A DNA stretch of 64,000 nucleotides, taken from Polyangiaceae bacterium. Its GTDB lineage: Bacteria; Myxococcota_A; Polyangia; Polyangiales; Polyangiaceae. The translations under genes were made by a program, and so were the position numbers. A model generated the notes under the pieces. The model saw nothing but the letters and a program-made list of their open reading frames with translations. It did not search any database and had not been told where the DNA came from. Where the stretch lies: positions 96,001 through 160,000 of the forward strand of contig JBILLK010000002.1 in the NCBI GenBank assembly GCA_044376115.1, read 5' to 3'. Of the stretch, positions 45,402-55,262 are shown piece after piece (position 1 is the first letter of the stretch; the number at the start of each line of letters is the position of its first letter).

Positions 45402-46442
45402 ATGACTCCGCTCGAGAAGCTTCAGGTTCTTTCCGCCAGGGCGATCATGGCCTTGCCGGCTCAGCTGCAGAATCGTTTGCTGCCGAAGGAGCCCACGCGC
45501 CAAGCTGGCTTCGAACTCGACCGGCAGGTGGAGCTCTTGCTGGCGCTCAGCCGCGGCCTAAAGCAGCCGAAGTCGCAGGCGTTGTCCTTACCAGCTGCGA
45601 GGCGCTTGTTCGATCTTCAGGCCACCCTGATGGTGCGGCCAGCACCTCGGATCGCGAGGGTGTTCGAGGAGAAGGTGGAGGACGGGCTCTGGGTGCGCAT
45701 CTACGAGCCGATTCGTGCGGCCAGGCCGCTGCCATCGCTCGTCTACTTCCACGGTGGCGGGTTTGTGCTGGGCGGCTTTGATACGCACGATGCTCCGTGC
45801 CGACGCCTGGCCGAAGAGACCGGCAGCATCGTGATCAGCGTGGATTATCGTTTGGCGCCCGAGCATGTGTTTCCGGCCGCGGTCGAGGATGCGCTGACGG
45901 GCTTCCGCTGGGTCGCAGCGCAGTCGGAGCGGCTCGGCATCGACGCGCGACGGATCGGCGTTGGCGGTGATAGCGCCGGCGGCAATCTTGCCGCGGTGGT
46001 CGCGCTCGAGACCCGGTCGGACGCAGTCAAGCCGAAGGCGCAGATCCTGATTTACCCCGCGGTCGACTTTACGCTGGCATCGCCGTCGATCGAGTCGCTG
46101 AAGCGCGGGTACTTCCTCGAGAAGTCAACCATCGAGTGGTTTCGCGAGCGCTATCTTGCGAGCGCCAGCCGGCTCGATGGTCGGGCCTCGCCGCTCTTGC
46201 GTGAGGACCTGAGCGGCGCGCCGTCGGCCGTGCTGCATGTCGCTGGCTTTGACCCGTTGCGCGACGAGGGCCTGGCCTACGCAGACCGGTTGAGGGCGAG
46301 CGGTGTGCCCGTGGTTTCACGTACCTTTGGCTCGTTGTTCCATGGGTATTTGAACGCCACGCGGTTGCGCGCTGCGGACGTGGCGGTGGCAAAGCTATCG
46401 GAAGACGTTCGTGCAGCGCTCTCGTTGGAGTCTGCCACGTGA
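45402..46442 (+). CDS. HSL-family esterase/lipase
   Basis: HGGG, YRLAPEH, GDSAGG, DPLRDEG, HG. Confidence 0.93.
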   Translation: MTPLEKLQVLSARAIMALPAQLQNRLLPKEPTRQAGFELDRQVELLLALSRGLKQPKSQALSLPAARRLFDLQATLMVRPAPRIARVFEEKVEDGLWVRIYEPIRAARPLPSLVYFHGGGFVLGGFDTHDAPCRRLAEETGSIVISVDYRLAPEHVFPAAVEDALTGFRWVAAQSERLGIDARRIGVGGDSAGGNLAAVVALETRSDAVKPKAQILIYPAVDFTLASPSIESLKRGYFLEKSTIEWFRERYLASASRLDGRASPLLREDLSGAPSAVLHVAGFDPLRDEGLAYADRLRASGVPVVSRTFGSLFHGYLNATRLRAADVAVAKLSEDVRAALSLESAT

Positions 46443-47233
46443 GAAGGTCTGCATTGGTCGGTCGCTTCCTCGCGCTTCTCGTTGCGACAGGCGTCTTTGG
46501 CTCTGCTCGGGTTGGTTACGCGCAGCAAGCTGCGGCTTCCACCGAAACCGCGCCTTTACAAGCGGAACCTTCGCGGCCGGCGCCGCTCGCGCCGCTCCCG
46601 CTAGGGTCGCTGCCCAAGCAACGCCGCTTGGATGTGGGGGCCGGGTTGCTGTTGCGGTCCGCCGTCTTCTCGCGCGAGCCCGAGGCCAGTCGAGCCGACG
46701 TTTCCCTCGGGGTCGGCGCCTCGCTCCTCGCGCGCGTCTTGGTGCTGCCGGAGTTCATGGCGGGCGTCGGCGCGGGCTGGACGCGTAGCTCGTTGCAGCT
46801 GGCCCAGGGGGACTTCGTAGCTGGCGCCGAGGTTGAAGAGGGGCCTCTGGATACGTTCGACTTCGAGCTGCTCGCGCTGCCGACTTGGCCGGCCGCTGAC
46901 GGGGTTCGGCTGTTTGCGTTGCTCGGGCTGGGCTACTCGATCTCAAGCACGCAGGTGCTCATCGCGCAGGATGCCAGTGGGACGTTCCCGATCCCCGACC
47001 GTGATCGCAGCCACTTCATTGTGCCGCTCGGGTTGGGCGGCTCGTTGACGCTTGTGCCGAACTGGCTGTCGCTGGAGTTTTCGCTGAAGGTCGTTCCAAC
47101 CTTTTCGGACATTGGGTCGGGCAGTGAAGCCGGGCGAGTGCTCGATGGAGCAGGCCAAGTCCGCGCGCTCGACCCGCTGCCGGCTGTCCCGATTTGGTTC
47201 TCGCAATCGCTTGGATTGGGGCTGCTCTTATGA
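46439..47233 (+). CDS. Putative outer-membrane beta-barrel protein
   Basis: Signal peptide, alternating amphipathic strands; overlaps both neighbours. Confidence 0.6.
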   Translation: MRRSALVGRFLALLVATGVFGSARVGYAQQAAASTETAPLQAEPSRPAPLAPLPLGSLPKQRRLDVGAGLLLRSAVFSREPEASRADVSLGVGASLLARVLVLPEFMAGVGAGWTRSSLQLAQGDFVAGAEVEEGPLDTFDFELLALPTWPAADGVRLFALLGLGYSISSTQVLIAQDASGTFPIPDRDRSHFIVPLGLGGSLTLVPNWLSLEFSLKVVPTFSDIGSGSEAGRVLDGAGQVRALDPLPAVPIWFSQSLGLGLLL

Positions 47234-47871
47234 CGGCAAACAATGCTCGGCCGAAGATCGTCGCGGTCGCCGGCAACATCGGCGCTGGGAAGTCGAGTTT
47301 GGTGGAGTGGCTCGAGCAGCAGTTGGGGATGGTCCCATTCTTCGAACCTCACGCAGAGAATCCGTACCTGGCCGAGTTCTACGGCGATATGCAGCGCTGG
47401 GGGCTGCACTCCCAGCTCTTCTTTCTGATCCATCGCTTCCGCATCCACAAGGACATCGAGGCGCGGGCCGAGAGCGCTGGCTGCAACATCGTTCAAGATC
47501 GCACCATCTACGAGGACGCCGAGATCTTCGCCGAGCAGCTGCACAACAGCGGGGCCATCGTCGAGCGGGATTGGAAGATGTACTCGGACCTCTACTCGAC
47601 CTTGCGTGGCGAGCTGCGTCCGCCCGACTTAATGATCTACTTGCGTTGTCCAGTCAACGTGCTCACCAAGCGCATTCGCAAACGGGGGCGCAGCTTCGAG
47701 CAGACGATCCCGCGCAAGTACCTCACGGCGTTGCACGAGCTTTACGAAGCCTGGTTTGAGCGCTACTCGGACTCGCCGAAGATCGTGATTCCAACCGACC
47801 GGGTCGACTACGTGGAGCAACTTTTCGACCGCCAGGAGCTGTTGCAAGAGATTCGCTCTCGGCTTTCGTAG
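47230..47871 (+). CDS. Deoxynucleoside kinase (dAK/dGK family)
   Basis: AGNIGAGKS, ENPYL..FY, QDRTIYED, PDLMIYL, RIRKRGR.FE. Confidence 0.93.
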   Translation: MTANNARPKIVAVAGNIGAGKSSLVEWLEQQLGMVPFFEPHAENPYLAEFYGDMQRWGLHSQLFFLIHRFRIHKDIEARAESAGCNIVQDRTIYEDAEIFAEQLHNSGAIVERDWKMYSDLYSTLRGELRPPDLMIYLRCPVNVLTKRIRKRGRSFEQTIPRKYLTALHELYEAWFERYSDSPKIVIPTDRVDYVEQLFDRQELLQEIRSRLS

Positions 47872-48004
47872 GACCGCGCGGCGTCGTAGCGAAAATCTTC
47901 ATGCGATTGTGGTACGAGTCATTTGCTCATGCCTAGAGGCCTGCTAGGTCTCAGGCTCGGCCCGCAGTGGCGGAACCGCCCAACTGCATCCAAGACGAGG
48001 ACTC

Positions 48005-48610
48005 ATGGCGCGCTTCGACAACGATTCGGACGAGACTAAACCCACTGGAACCGACGGCGAGCGGTTGGCGAATCGGCTGATCGACGCTCGAGCATTGATC
48101 CTCGCGGAGGAGGTCAGCGACACGATGTATCGCCACGTGGCGACCATGTTGACGCTACTGGAGCGCAAGGACCCGAAAGCGCCCATCACCGTTTTCGTCA
48201 ATTCGCCCGGCGGTTCAGCCGACTCAGGCTTTGCGATCTACGATCTGTTCCGCTTTTCGCCGTGCCCGATCTTCACCGTCGCTAACGGCGTCGTCGCCTC
48301 CGCGGCCGTGTTGATCTACCTCGGCACGCCAAAAGAGCGTCGCGTTGCGCTGCCCAACGCTCGCTTCTTGCTCCACCAGCCCTCCACCACCACCCGCGGC
48401 CAGGCGACGGATATCGACATCACAGCCCGGGAGATCGTCAAGCTGCGCACTCGCTACAACCAGATCGTGCACGAGACGACAGGCAAGCCTGTCGACCAGG
48501 TGACGAAGGATAGTGACCGCGACTTCTGGCTCACCTCAGCAGAAGCCCACGAGTATGGTTTGGTCGGCCGGGTGATCCAGCGACGATCGGAGCTCGAAGA
48601 GCTGCGCTAG
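48005..48610 (+). CDS. clpP: ATP-dependent Clp protease proteolytic subunit
   Basis: NSPGG, ASAA (Ser), LLHQP (His), DRDFW (Asp), A.EYGL. Confidence 0.93.
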   Translation: MARFDNDSDETKPTGTDGERLANRLIDARALILAEEVSDTMYRHVATMLTLLERKDPKAPITVFVNSPGGSADSGFAIYDLFRFSPCPIFTVANGVVASAAVLIYLGTPKERRVALPNARFLLHQPSTTTRGQATDIDITAREIVKLRTRYNQIVHETTGKPVDQVTKDSDRDFWLTSAEAHEYGLVGRVIQRRSELEELR

Positions 48611-48732
48611 CCGGGCGACTTCGGAGGTCGCCGGAGGCCCGTCGAGCGAGAGCTTGGCGGGCTTTTGCGCAGTCGTCGCCATGGGAGTTGGACCAGCGGC
48701 GACTCACCCAGCTACGATGAGGCCCGATAACT

Positions 48733-49074
48733 ATGCCCGGCCCTATTGAAAGCTCCGGTTCGATCGAGACCTTCTGCCACCTGTCGGATGCGCCCTCCAG
48801 CCGGCGGAGCACGTTCTCCTTCGACGCTGTGGCCGCCGGCGACCGGGTGGCCATCTGTTTCGCCGCCCAAGACGGCAATCCACCGTACGCTTTGAAGGTG
48901 AAAGCGCCGAACGGCGCGCTGATGCTCGACCGGATCGTGCGTGAGCTGCCGACTGGCCTACCGCAAAGCGAGCCGCCGGTGGAGTTCGTCGTTTCGGTCC
49001 GTGGCCGCTACACCATCGAGATTCGCGAGATCCAAGGCACCCAGTGGGGCCGGGCTTTCTTGTCGGTCACGTAG
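48733..49074 (+). CDS. Hypothetical protein (113 aa)
   Basis: Compact, beta-rich ORF co-oriented with neighbours. Confidence 0.6.
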   Translation: MPGPIESSGSIETFCHLSDAPSSRRSTFSFDAVAAGDRVAICFAAQDGNPPYALKVKAPNGALMLDRIVRELPTGLPQSEPPVEFVVSVRGRYTIEIREIQGTQWGRAFLSVT

Positions 49075-49233
49075 ACCGAAGCGCGCGTACGTGCGTCCGA
49101 TTGAATGTTGTTCGTGTTCTTTTTGCAACTCAGCCAGCGTTCGAAGCTACGATGAAGGTGTCCGATTCGCTTGTCACGGCCCGCTGAGAGGCGCCGCCCC
49201 CCTGGACAATCACCGAGAGAGCCCTGACCTCCT

Positions 49234-50535
49234 ATGAAGATCACCTGCCACTCCTGCAGCGCGAAATACACGGTTTCTGATGACAAGGTGCAGGGCAAGA
49301 CCGTCAAGATGAAGTGCCGCAAGTGCGGTGCAACCATCGTGGTGGGTGCCTCGAGCGCTGCAGACGCGGGAGCTAGCGCTGCAGACGCGGGAGCTGAGGC
49401 CGGCGGCCAAGAGCACGCTGCCGGGCTCGATCAAGCGATGGAAGGTGGGGAAGGGCCGCCGGCGGGTAGCTTCCTCGTAAGCGTCGGGGACGCAGACCAG
49501 CGCACGATGACGTTGGCCGAGGTCGTTGAGGCGTACAACTCGGGGGTCATCACCGCGGAAACCTACGTCTGGGCGGAGGGCATGAGCGATTGGCAGGCTC
49601 TCTCCGACAACCAGGAGATCGTCGCGGCCCTCAATGAGGCTGCAAGTTCGTCGAGCGCCGCGATGTCGAGCGGTGGCTTCGGCGCGGCAGCCAGCTTCAG
49701 CACGCCGGCTCCCTCGGCTCCGGCACCCGCCGCACGCAAAGAAACAGCTCGCCGTTCGCAGGACTTGTTCGCACCGCCACCGGATTCTTACTCCGGCGGT
49801 ATGAGCGGCGGCAGTCTTTCGGCCGCGCCCGTCGGCAAGCGTGACGAGAACTCGGTGCTCTTTTCGCTCAACGCGCTAACGGCTTCTTCGGCGCCTTCGG
49901 TCGCAAAGACCACGGCGACGAAGGAGGACTCCGGCCTGATCGACCTGAAGGCACTGGCTGCCGCTGCGCCGGCGGCGCCTTCGGAGTCTGTGGTCGATGC
50001 GGTTGGGCTTTTCCCCTTGGGTGCGCCTGTGATCGCACCGGCGCCCCAGCCGCAAACCAACTACGCTGCACCCGTTCCGGTCGCCGAGAAGAAGCGTAGT
50101 CCGGTGCCGATCGTCGTCGGCGGCGTGGTCGCGGTCGCTGCCATCGTCGGTGTTTTCATGCTTGTGCGCGGTGGGGACAAACCGGCAGAGCCGAGCGCAA
50201 AGCCAGCCGCCGCCGAGACAGCAGCGCCCACCGCGACGGCCACCCCGACCATCACCGCAGCCCCATCCACCACGCCGACTGGCACGCCCTCGGCGGTCGC
50301 TTCGAGCGACAGCTCAGCCACCGCCTCCGCGCAGCCTGTGGCCGCTGGCGGTAAACCCCGGCCGACGAGCGGGGGCGCCAAGCCAACCGCTGGCACGACG
50401 GCAAAGCCGACGACGACCTCTGCCGGCGGTACGCCCGCCACGACAGCAAAGCCGGCGGCTGGCAAGGGTACCTGCGGCTGCCCGCCCGGCAACCTCGACT
50501 GCATGTTGAAGTGCTCGGTCGGCAAGAAGAAGTAG
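49234..50535 (+). CDS. Zinc-ribbon (MJ0042-type) / GYF_2 domain membrane protein (AgmX/GltJ-like N-terminus)
   Basis: MKITCHSCSAKY...KCRKC, TYVWAEGMSDW, ENSVLFSL, SGLIDL, one TM, Pro/Thr tail ending C.C....CMLKC. Confidence 0.85.
   Translation: MKITCHSCSAKYTVSDDKVQGKTVKMKCRKCGATIVVGASSAADAGASAADAGAEAGGQEHAAGLDQAMEGGEGPPAGSFLVSVGDADQRTMTLAEVVEAYNSGVITAETYVWAEGMSDWQALSDNQEIVAALNEAASSSSAAMSSGGFGAAASFSTPAPSAPAPAARKETARRSQDLFAPPPDSYSGGMSGGSLSAAPVGKRDENSVLFSLNALTASSAPSVAKTTATKEDSGLIDLKALAAAAPAAPSESVVDAVGLFPLGAPVIAPAPQPQTNYAAPVPVAEKKRSPVPIVVGGVVAVAAIVGVFMLVRGGDKPAEPSAKPAAAETAAPTATATPTITAAPSTTPTGTPSAVASSDSSATASAQPVAAGGKPRPTSGGAKPTAGTTAKPTTTSAGGTPATTAKPAAGKGTCGCPPGNLDCMLKCSVGKKK
49354..49395 (+). repeat. 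In-frame 21-bp tandem duplication
   Basis: AGCGCTGCAGACGCGGGAGCT x2 (SAADAGA x2). Confidence 0.85.
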
Positions 50536-51053
50536 CGCTGAGCTTCGTGTTGGTGCTCTCCGGCTGTGCGGCAGTCGGAGAGGCCTCGGTTGGCGACGCG
50601 CGCGTCGCGCCGCCCGAAGTGGTCGAGCTCGGTCCAACCGAACGTGCGGTCCAGCTAACCGAGGCCGCAAGCAGCGCCCGCCCGTCGGCGCGACCGTCAC
50701 CGCCGCTTCATTTCGAGCATGATTGGCGCACGGTCATGAGCGCCAAGCCAAGCAAGCCGCGCCTCGCGTGGGTGCGCGCTGAGTGGTCGGTCGCCTCGCT
50801 CGAGTTCGAGCGTTCGGGTGCCTTTTCGCACCCCGAGGCGATCGCGCTGAGCGCTTCGTTCGAGCGCGTCTGGGTCGACGTGACGGAACCGACTCCCGAG
50901 CTGGACACGCTGCTGCAGTCGCTCGAGGTCTCGTCGGTACCTTCGTTGGTCTTGCTGGGCTGCGTACAGCCGCCGCAGCGCAGAGTGTTCGCTGCACTGA
51001 CGCCCGAGCGTTTGACGTCGGCCTTGGCCGAGTGCCTTGACGATTCGAGCTGA
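50511..51053 (+). CDS. Thioredoxin-like lipoprotein (no CxxC)
   Basis: Lipobox LSGC; KP.L..VRAEWSVAS at the WCxxC position, VDVT, VP. Confidence 0.6.
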   Translation: MLGRQEEVALSFVLVLSGCAAVGEASVGDARVAPPEVVELGPTERAVQLTEAASSARPSARPSPPLHFEHDWRTVMSAKPSKPRLAWVRAEWSVASLEFERSGAFSHPEAIALSASFERVWVDVTEPTPELDTLLQSLEVSSVPSLVLLGCVQPPQRRVFAALTPERLTSALAECLDDSS

Positions 51054-51113
51054 GTCGCGGCGCGTCCTACTACAAGGCTGGTTTCTCTGCGCTGGAAGAG
51101 GCATCCTTCCGCC

Positions 51114-52214
51114 ATGAACGAGACTCCCGAGCTGCCGACGCTAGACCTTGCCGATGTTTCAAGCACAGACCCTGCACGGCAAGAACGAGCGAGTCGCGCC
51201 ATCCTCGAGGGCTTCGGACGCTACGGGTTGCTCTACGTCAAGGGCCACGACGTTCCCGCAGCAGCGCCGCTCTACGATCAGTTCGCCGCGTTTTGCGCAC
51301 GCCCAGCCGAGGCCAAACAACCGTTCAATCGCGCGGATATCTGGTACCAGCGTGGTTGGACGCCGCCCAACACCGAACGCGCGGTGATCGCCGGAGGTCA
51401 GCCGGATTTCAAAGAATGTTGGTTCGCTGCGCCGATCGAGTTGGACCCTGAGTGCAGCGATGAGTTCCCCGAGGTGTGCAGTGCCAACGTGTGGCCGGAG
51501 GACGCTCCCGAGTTCCGCGAGTGGACGCTGCGGGTGGGGCGTGAGTTGCACCTTGCAGGCATGGCTTTGCTTCGTCAGGCCGCGCGCGCTTTGGGCCTCG
51601 AGGCGGAGACGTTCGCGACCTTGTGCGAGGGCGCTCCCCACGTGTTTCGGCTGCTCAAATACCTGCCGCTCGAGCGGGCGCAGATCGAGGGTGGCGTGCT
51701 TTGGGGTGAGGAGCACACCGACTTCAATCTGTTGACGCTCCTCCCCGGCGGGCAGTTCTTCGATCCAGACGGTCGCCGCGAGCCAGCACCCGATTCGCAA
51801 AGCGGTCTCTATCTTCGAACCCGGCCCTCGCCTGAGTTCCCCAAGGGCCAGCGCATTCGGCCCAACCCGCCTGCGGGTTGCTTGGTTGCGCAGGTCGGCC
51901 AAGAACTCGAGATCCTCACCGGAGGCAAACTAACGGCCACTCCGCATGAAGTGACCGCCCCCAAAACGCCGGGCTGGTCGCGCTTCTCGGCGGCCCACTT
52001 CATTCATCTGCACCCGCGCGCGGTGCTTTCGCCTTTGCGTCCGTTCCGCTCGAAGGAGGCGCTGCGAGCTTACAGCCCGCCCACGTTAGCCGGCACCTAC
52101 GCGCAAAAGACGCTCGTCGACATTGGGCTTGCGCCAAGCAACGCACTCGACGCTCTTGGTTATCGACACTACGACCGGCTGGTCGAGCAACGTGCTGAAG
52201 GGCCTTCGAGTTGA
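51114..52214 (+). CDS. 2-oxoglutarate/Fe(II) oxygenase, isopenicillin N synthase family
   Basis: LPTLDL, FRLLKY, HTD...ATPHEV, RFS. Confidence 0.9.
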   Translation: MNETPELPTLDLADVSSTDPARQERASRAILEGFGRYGLLYVKGHDVPAAAPLYDQFAAFCARPAEAKQPFNRADIWYQRGWTPPNTERAVIAGGQPDFKECWFAAPIELDPECSDEFPEVCSANVWPEDAPEFREWTLRVGRELHLAGMALLRQAARALGLEAETFATLCEGAPHVFRLLKYLPLERAQIEGGVLWGEEHTDFNLLTLLPGGQFFDPDGRREPAPDSQSGLYLRTRPSPEFPKGQRIRPNPPAGCLVAQVGQELEILTGGKLTATPHEVTAPKTPGWSRFSAAHFIHLHPRAVLSPLRPFRSKEALRAYSPPTLAGTYAQKTLVDIGLAPSNALDALGYRHYDRLVEQRAEGPSS

Positions 52215-55200
52215 GAGGAGCGCGCCTCAGCGCCTTGATCACGTTGGGCGTCGTGGCCTGCGGCGGCGCTGCACCAGAGCCTGGCAAGCCTGCGCGCCCG
52301 GCCGCGAGCGCCTCTGCCTCTGCAGGCAGCCCAGAGGTCGCCTTCGGTGCGCCGCGCGTCGTTCCAAAGCTGCGCGTCCTACCCGACGTCGACGTAGTCA
52401 ACCTCAGCGCGCTTGGCTCGAATTCCACGCCGACTTCACAAGCTGCGATCGTCGGCAGGATGCGTGTCGAGCTCCAGCCCGGCGGCCGGGTTGCGCGCGC
52501 CGATGAGGTGTTTCCGGTCGGCCGCGTGTTCGCCGAGCGGGTGCCTCCGCGGTTGGGCGGCGGTTTCATTTTCCTGGTGATCTCCGCCGTTGGGAGCCAG
52601 CTCTTTCGCTCGGAGACGTGGCTCGGACGGCTTTCGCCGCTCACCACCATCGGGCAGGCGCCGGATCAAGAACGGCCGTTGGTGATGGGCTTCGATCGGC
52701 TGTTCATCCGTTTGCGGTCGGGTGGGGAGCTGTTTCCCATCGACTTGGCGACGGGTGCGGCGAAGAACTACGGCCCCTTGCCGCCCGCTGCTGGTTACGG
52801 CGAAATGGCGTTCGTCGACGCCTATCGCGCGGTGGTGGATACCGACATTACGGGTCCGTACGCCACCTTCGATGCGGGCACCACGTGGGCGCGCCTTCCG
52901 GTGACGCAGCGCATCCGCCTGATCACCGCCGAGCACCGCGACCCGGAGAATCCCGGGGACATTCTGCTGATGACCGATGGCGGTGCGCAGCGGCTCACCG
53001 CCGCCGGCGCCCTTGAGCGACTCGCGCCGGAACTCCAGCTGGTGCGCGGGCAAGCCGGAATGACGCTCAGGCCGGCGGACAGCTCGCTGAGCAAGCCCGC
53101 GGATGAACGCCCAGGCCCGCTCGGAAAAAGGCCGTTGCGAGCGGCCTTGGTGCGCGGCTACCCCGATAGTGAAACCACCGCCGTGGTGGTGCAAGACCGC
53201 AACGTATGCCGCGTCTCTCTTGAAGACGGCGCTCTCTTGCGTTGTCGCGAGTCGGAGCTGGTCGAGGCAGAAGCCGCGTGCCATGGCATTGCGCTTGGTG
53301 ATCCCGATCAAGTCGGCGTCGGCTTCGTGTGCAGCACAGCCAGCAGCGGTAGCGTCATTTTCTCTCTGCAGAAGGACCTCACGCTCCGCTCGGAGATGCG
53401 ATTTCAGCGTGCGCGGACCGTGGTTGAGAGCGGCCAAGGGGCGCTCGTCGTGCACGGCTCCTGCGGCGACGAGCCGCCCGATCAAGACACCCGGCCCTTC
53501 TGTGTTCGCTTCGTTGACGGCTCGGTGCGCGAGATCCGTTTGCGCGGAAACATCGGCGGGGAGCGCGTCGTGGCGCTGCTCAACAAGACGGTGGCGATCG
53601 TGGTTCCGCCGCGCCCAGGCTCGCAGGGACAACTAACGATCTTGTCGGGCAGCGCGCCCAAACACTTGGCGCTGGCCATTCCGGAGAGCGCTCCGCGCGA
53701 GCTCGATACCGGTATGTGGCTCGAGGGCTTTCATCAGACTGGCCCGAACGAGCTCGCCGGTTGGGTCGAAGGCGGTGGGCCAACCTTCGGCGTGCGGATC
53801 CAGCTCGACGGCCAGGTCACGGTGGAGCCCGCCGTCGATGATCGCGACGGCGTTTTGGTGAGCGGCCGATTTGGTCTCAAGCTCGGTGGCGGTGGCGCTT
53901 TTGCCGAGACGACCGATACCGGCCGCACCTGGACGGATATCGTGGTGCCGGACATGCCTCGCAGCGACCAGCCTCCCGCAGAGGTGCGCTGCAGCGCCGT
54001 CGGCTGCTTGTTGCCTGGAGCTTTCAAAGTAGGTTGGGGGGCCACCGCCCGTGAAGCCGATCTCGAAGCGCCCAGCGCACCCAAGGCCAGCGGCCTTTCG
54101 GCGATGGTATTGACCTCCACGCCTGCTCCGATCGCGTGCAGCCTGCTCGAGAGCCCCAAGCCTGAAAAGCGCAACGAAGCGAAGATCCTGGGCATGACCC
54201 ACGGTGGCTGGTCCGGTCTCGGTAATGAGCCTGCTCCGCCGCTCGACAAGGGTGAGGTCGGGATCGACGTTGGAGCCAACTTCGACGCCGTTCCAGTGCG
54301 GCTCTACGCCTGGGGCCAAAAGGACACCGATTGGTCGCGCACCGGGCGGATGCAGTTGCGCTTCGGCGATCGCTTCTCCCAGGCCGAAGTTCGCTCGAGT
54401 TCGGTTACGGCCTCGCCGTGGAGCAGTGAGGGGGACGCGCTCTCGGCGCTGGGCCAGGTCGGCGGCGGGATGAGTTGGCAGGCTTCGCTCGACGGCAACG
54501 CTGCGCTCACCTCGGGTTGTCGAGGCGATCGGCAGTGCCTCCTTTTTGCAACGGAAGCAGGCCAACCTGTCGTTGGTCTGCGCATGACTGACGATACTCC
54601 GCTGATGCGGCCCCAAGGCGGCGCTGTACGAGTGGGTGCAACCTGGTTCTTCTTAGGGGATTCACGCGGGGATGAATTCAGCCTCTTTCGCGCTGATCTC
54701 GGCACGGTGAGGCTCGTGTCGAGCTTCAAGCGCGCGCTGCTTTCGCGGGTGGCGAGCCCGCCTCGTTTGGTGCGTAAAGCACGCGGCTCCGGGCTCGGCT
54801 TTTTGTTCGTGCAAAAGCAGGGGCCCAATGATCGGCGCGGCATGCGCTACGTCCTGCCGATCGACCCCGAGTCGGGGGAGCTCGGTGAAGTGGAGCAGCT
54901 CGGCCGTGCGGACTTCGGCGGCGTCGAGTTTGAGCCATGCGGAGATCGCGAGGGCTGGTTGGTCGAGGCGCAGGTGGATTCGCAGACCGTCGCCGTGGAC
55001 GGGGTCCAGGCCGATTCACGGGCGGTCGAGCTACGTATGCGGCTGCGGCACGGAAAAGCCTGCGTCGAGGCCGGTGTCGTACGCAGCCTCGGGGATGAGG
55101 GCCCAGCGAAGCCGCGCGCCAAGAACGAACCGGCGGTGAAGTCTGGTTTTCCGCTGATTTTGAACGGACCAAACGGCGTCAAGTCGATGGTCTGCCACTC

Positions 55201-55231
55201 CGCCAGCGCGGGCCGGCTACGCGCTTTTTGA
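52211..55231 (+). CDS. Large hypothetical lipoprotein (1006 aa)
   Basis: Lipobox VVAC; two BNR/Asp-box-like motifs (TFDAGTTW, TTDTGRTW). Confidence 0.75.
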   Translation: MRGARLSALITLGVVACGGAAPEPGKPARPAASASASAGSPEVAFGAPRVVPKLRVLPDVDVVNLSALGSNSTPTSQAAIVGRMRVELQPGGRVARADEVFPVGRVFAERVPPRLGGGFIFLVISAVGSQLFRSETWLGRLSPLTTIGQAPDQERPLVMGFDRLFIRLRSGGELFPIDLATGAAKNYGPLPPAAGYGEMAFVDAYRAVVDTDITGPYATFDAGTTWARLPVTQRIRLITAEHRDPENPGDILLMTDGGAQRLTAAGALERLAPELQLVRGQAGMTLRPADSSLSKPADERPGPLGKRPLRAALVRGYPDSETTAVVVQDRNVCRVSLEDGALLRCRESELVEAEAACHGIALGDPDQVGVGFVCSTASSGSVIFSLQKDLTLRSEMRFQRARTVVESGQGALVVHGSCGDEPPDQDTRPFCVRFVDGSVREIRLRGNIGGERVVALLNKTVAIVVPPRPGSQGQLTILSGSAPKHLALAIPESAPRELDTGMWLEGFHQTGPNELAGWVEGGGPTFGVRIQLDGQVTVEPAVDDRDGVLVSGRFGLKLGGGGAFAETTDTGRTWTDIVVPDMPRSDQPPAEVRCSAVGCLLPGAFKVGWGATAREADLEAPSAPKASGLSAMVLTSTPAPIACSLLESPKPEKRNEAKILGMTHGGWSGLGNEPAPPLDKGEVGIDVGANFDAVPVRLYAWGQKDTDWSRTGRMQLRFGDRFSQAEVRSSSVTASPWSSEGDALSALGQVGGGMSWQASLDGNAALTSGCRGDRQCLLFATEAGQPVVGLRMTDDTPLMRPQGGAVRVGATWFFLGDSRGDEFSLFRADLGTVRLVSSFKRALLSRVASPPRLVRKARGSGLGFLFVQKQGPNDRRGMRYVLPIDPESGELGEVEQLGRADFGGVEFEPCGDREGWLVEAQVDSQTVAVDGVQADSRAVELRMRLRHGKACVEAGVVRSLGDEGPAKPRAKNEPAVKSGFPLILNGPNGVKSMVCHSASAGRLRAF

Positions 55232-55262
55232 CGTTCAGAAAGCGCGGACCTATCCTGCCCCA

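Noticed and set aside
47872..48004. ncRNA (SRP/tRNA-like) in the intergenic region
   Set aside because: Only a short hairpin; no SRP or tRNA consensus features.
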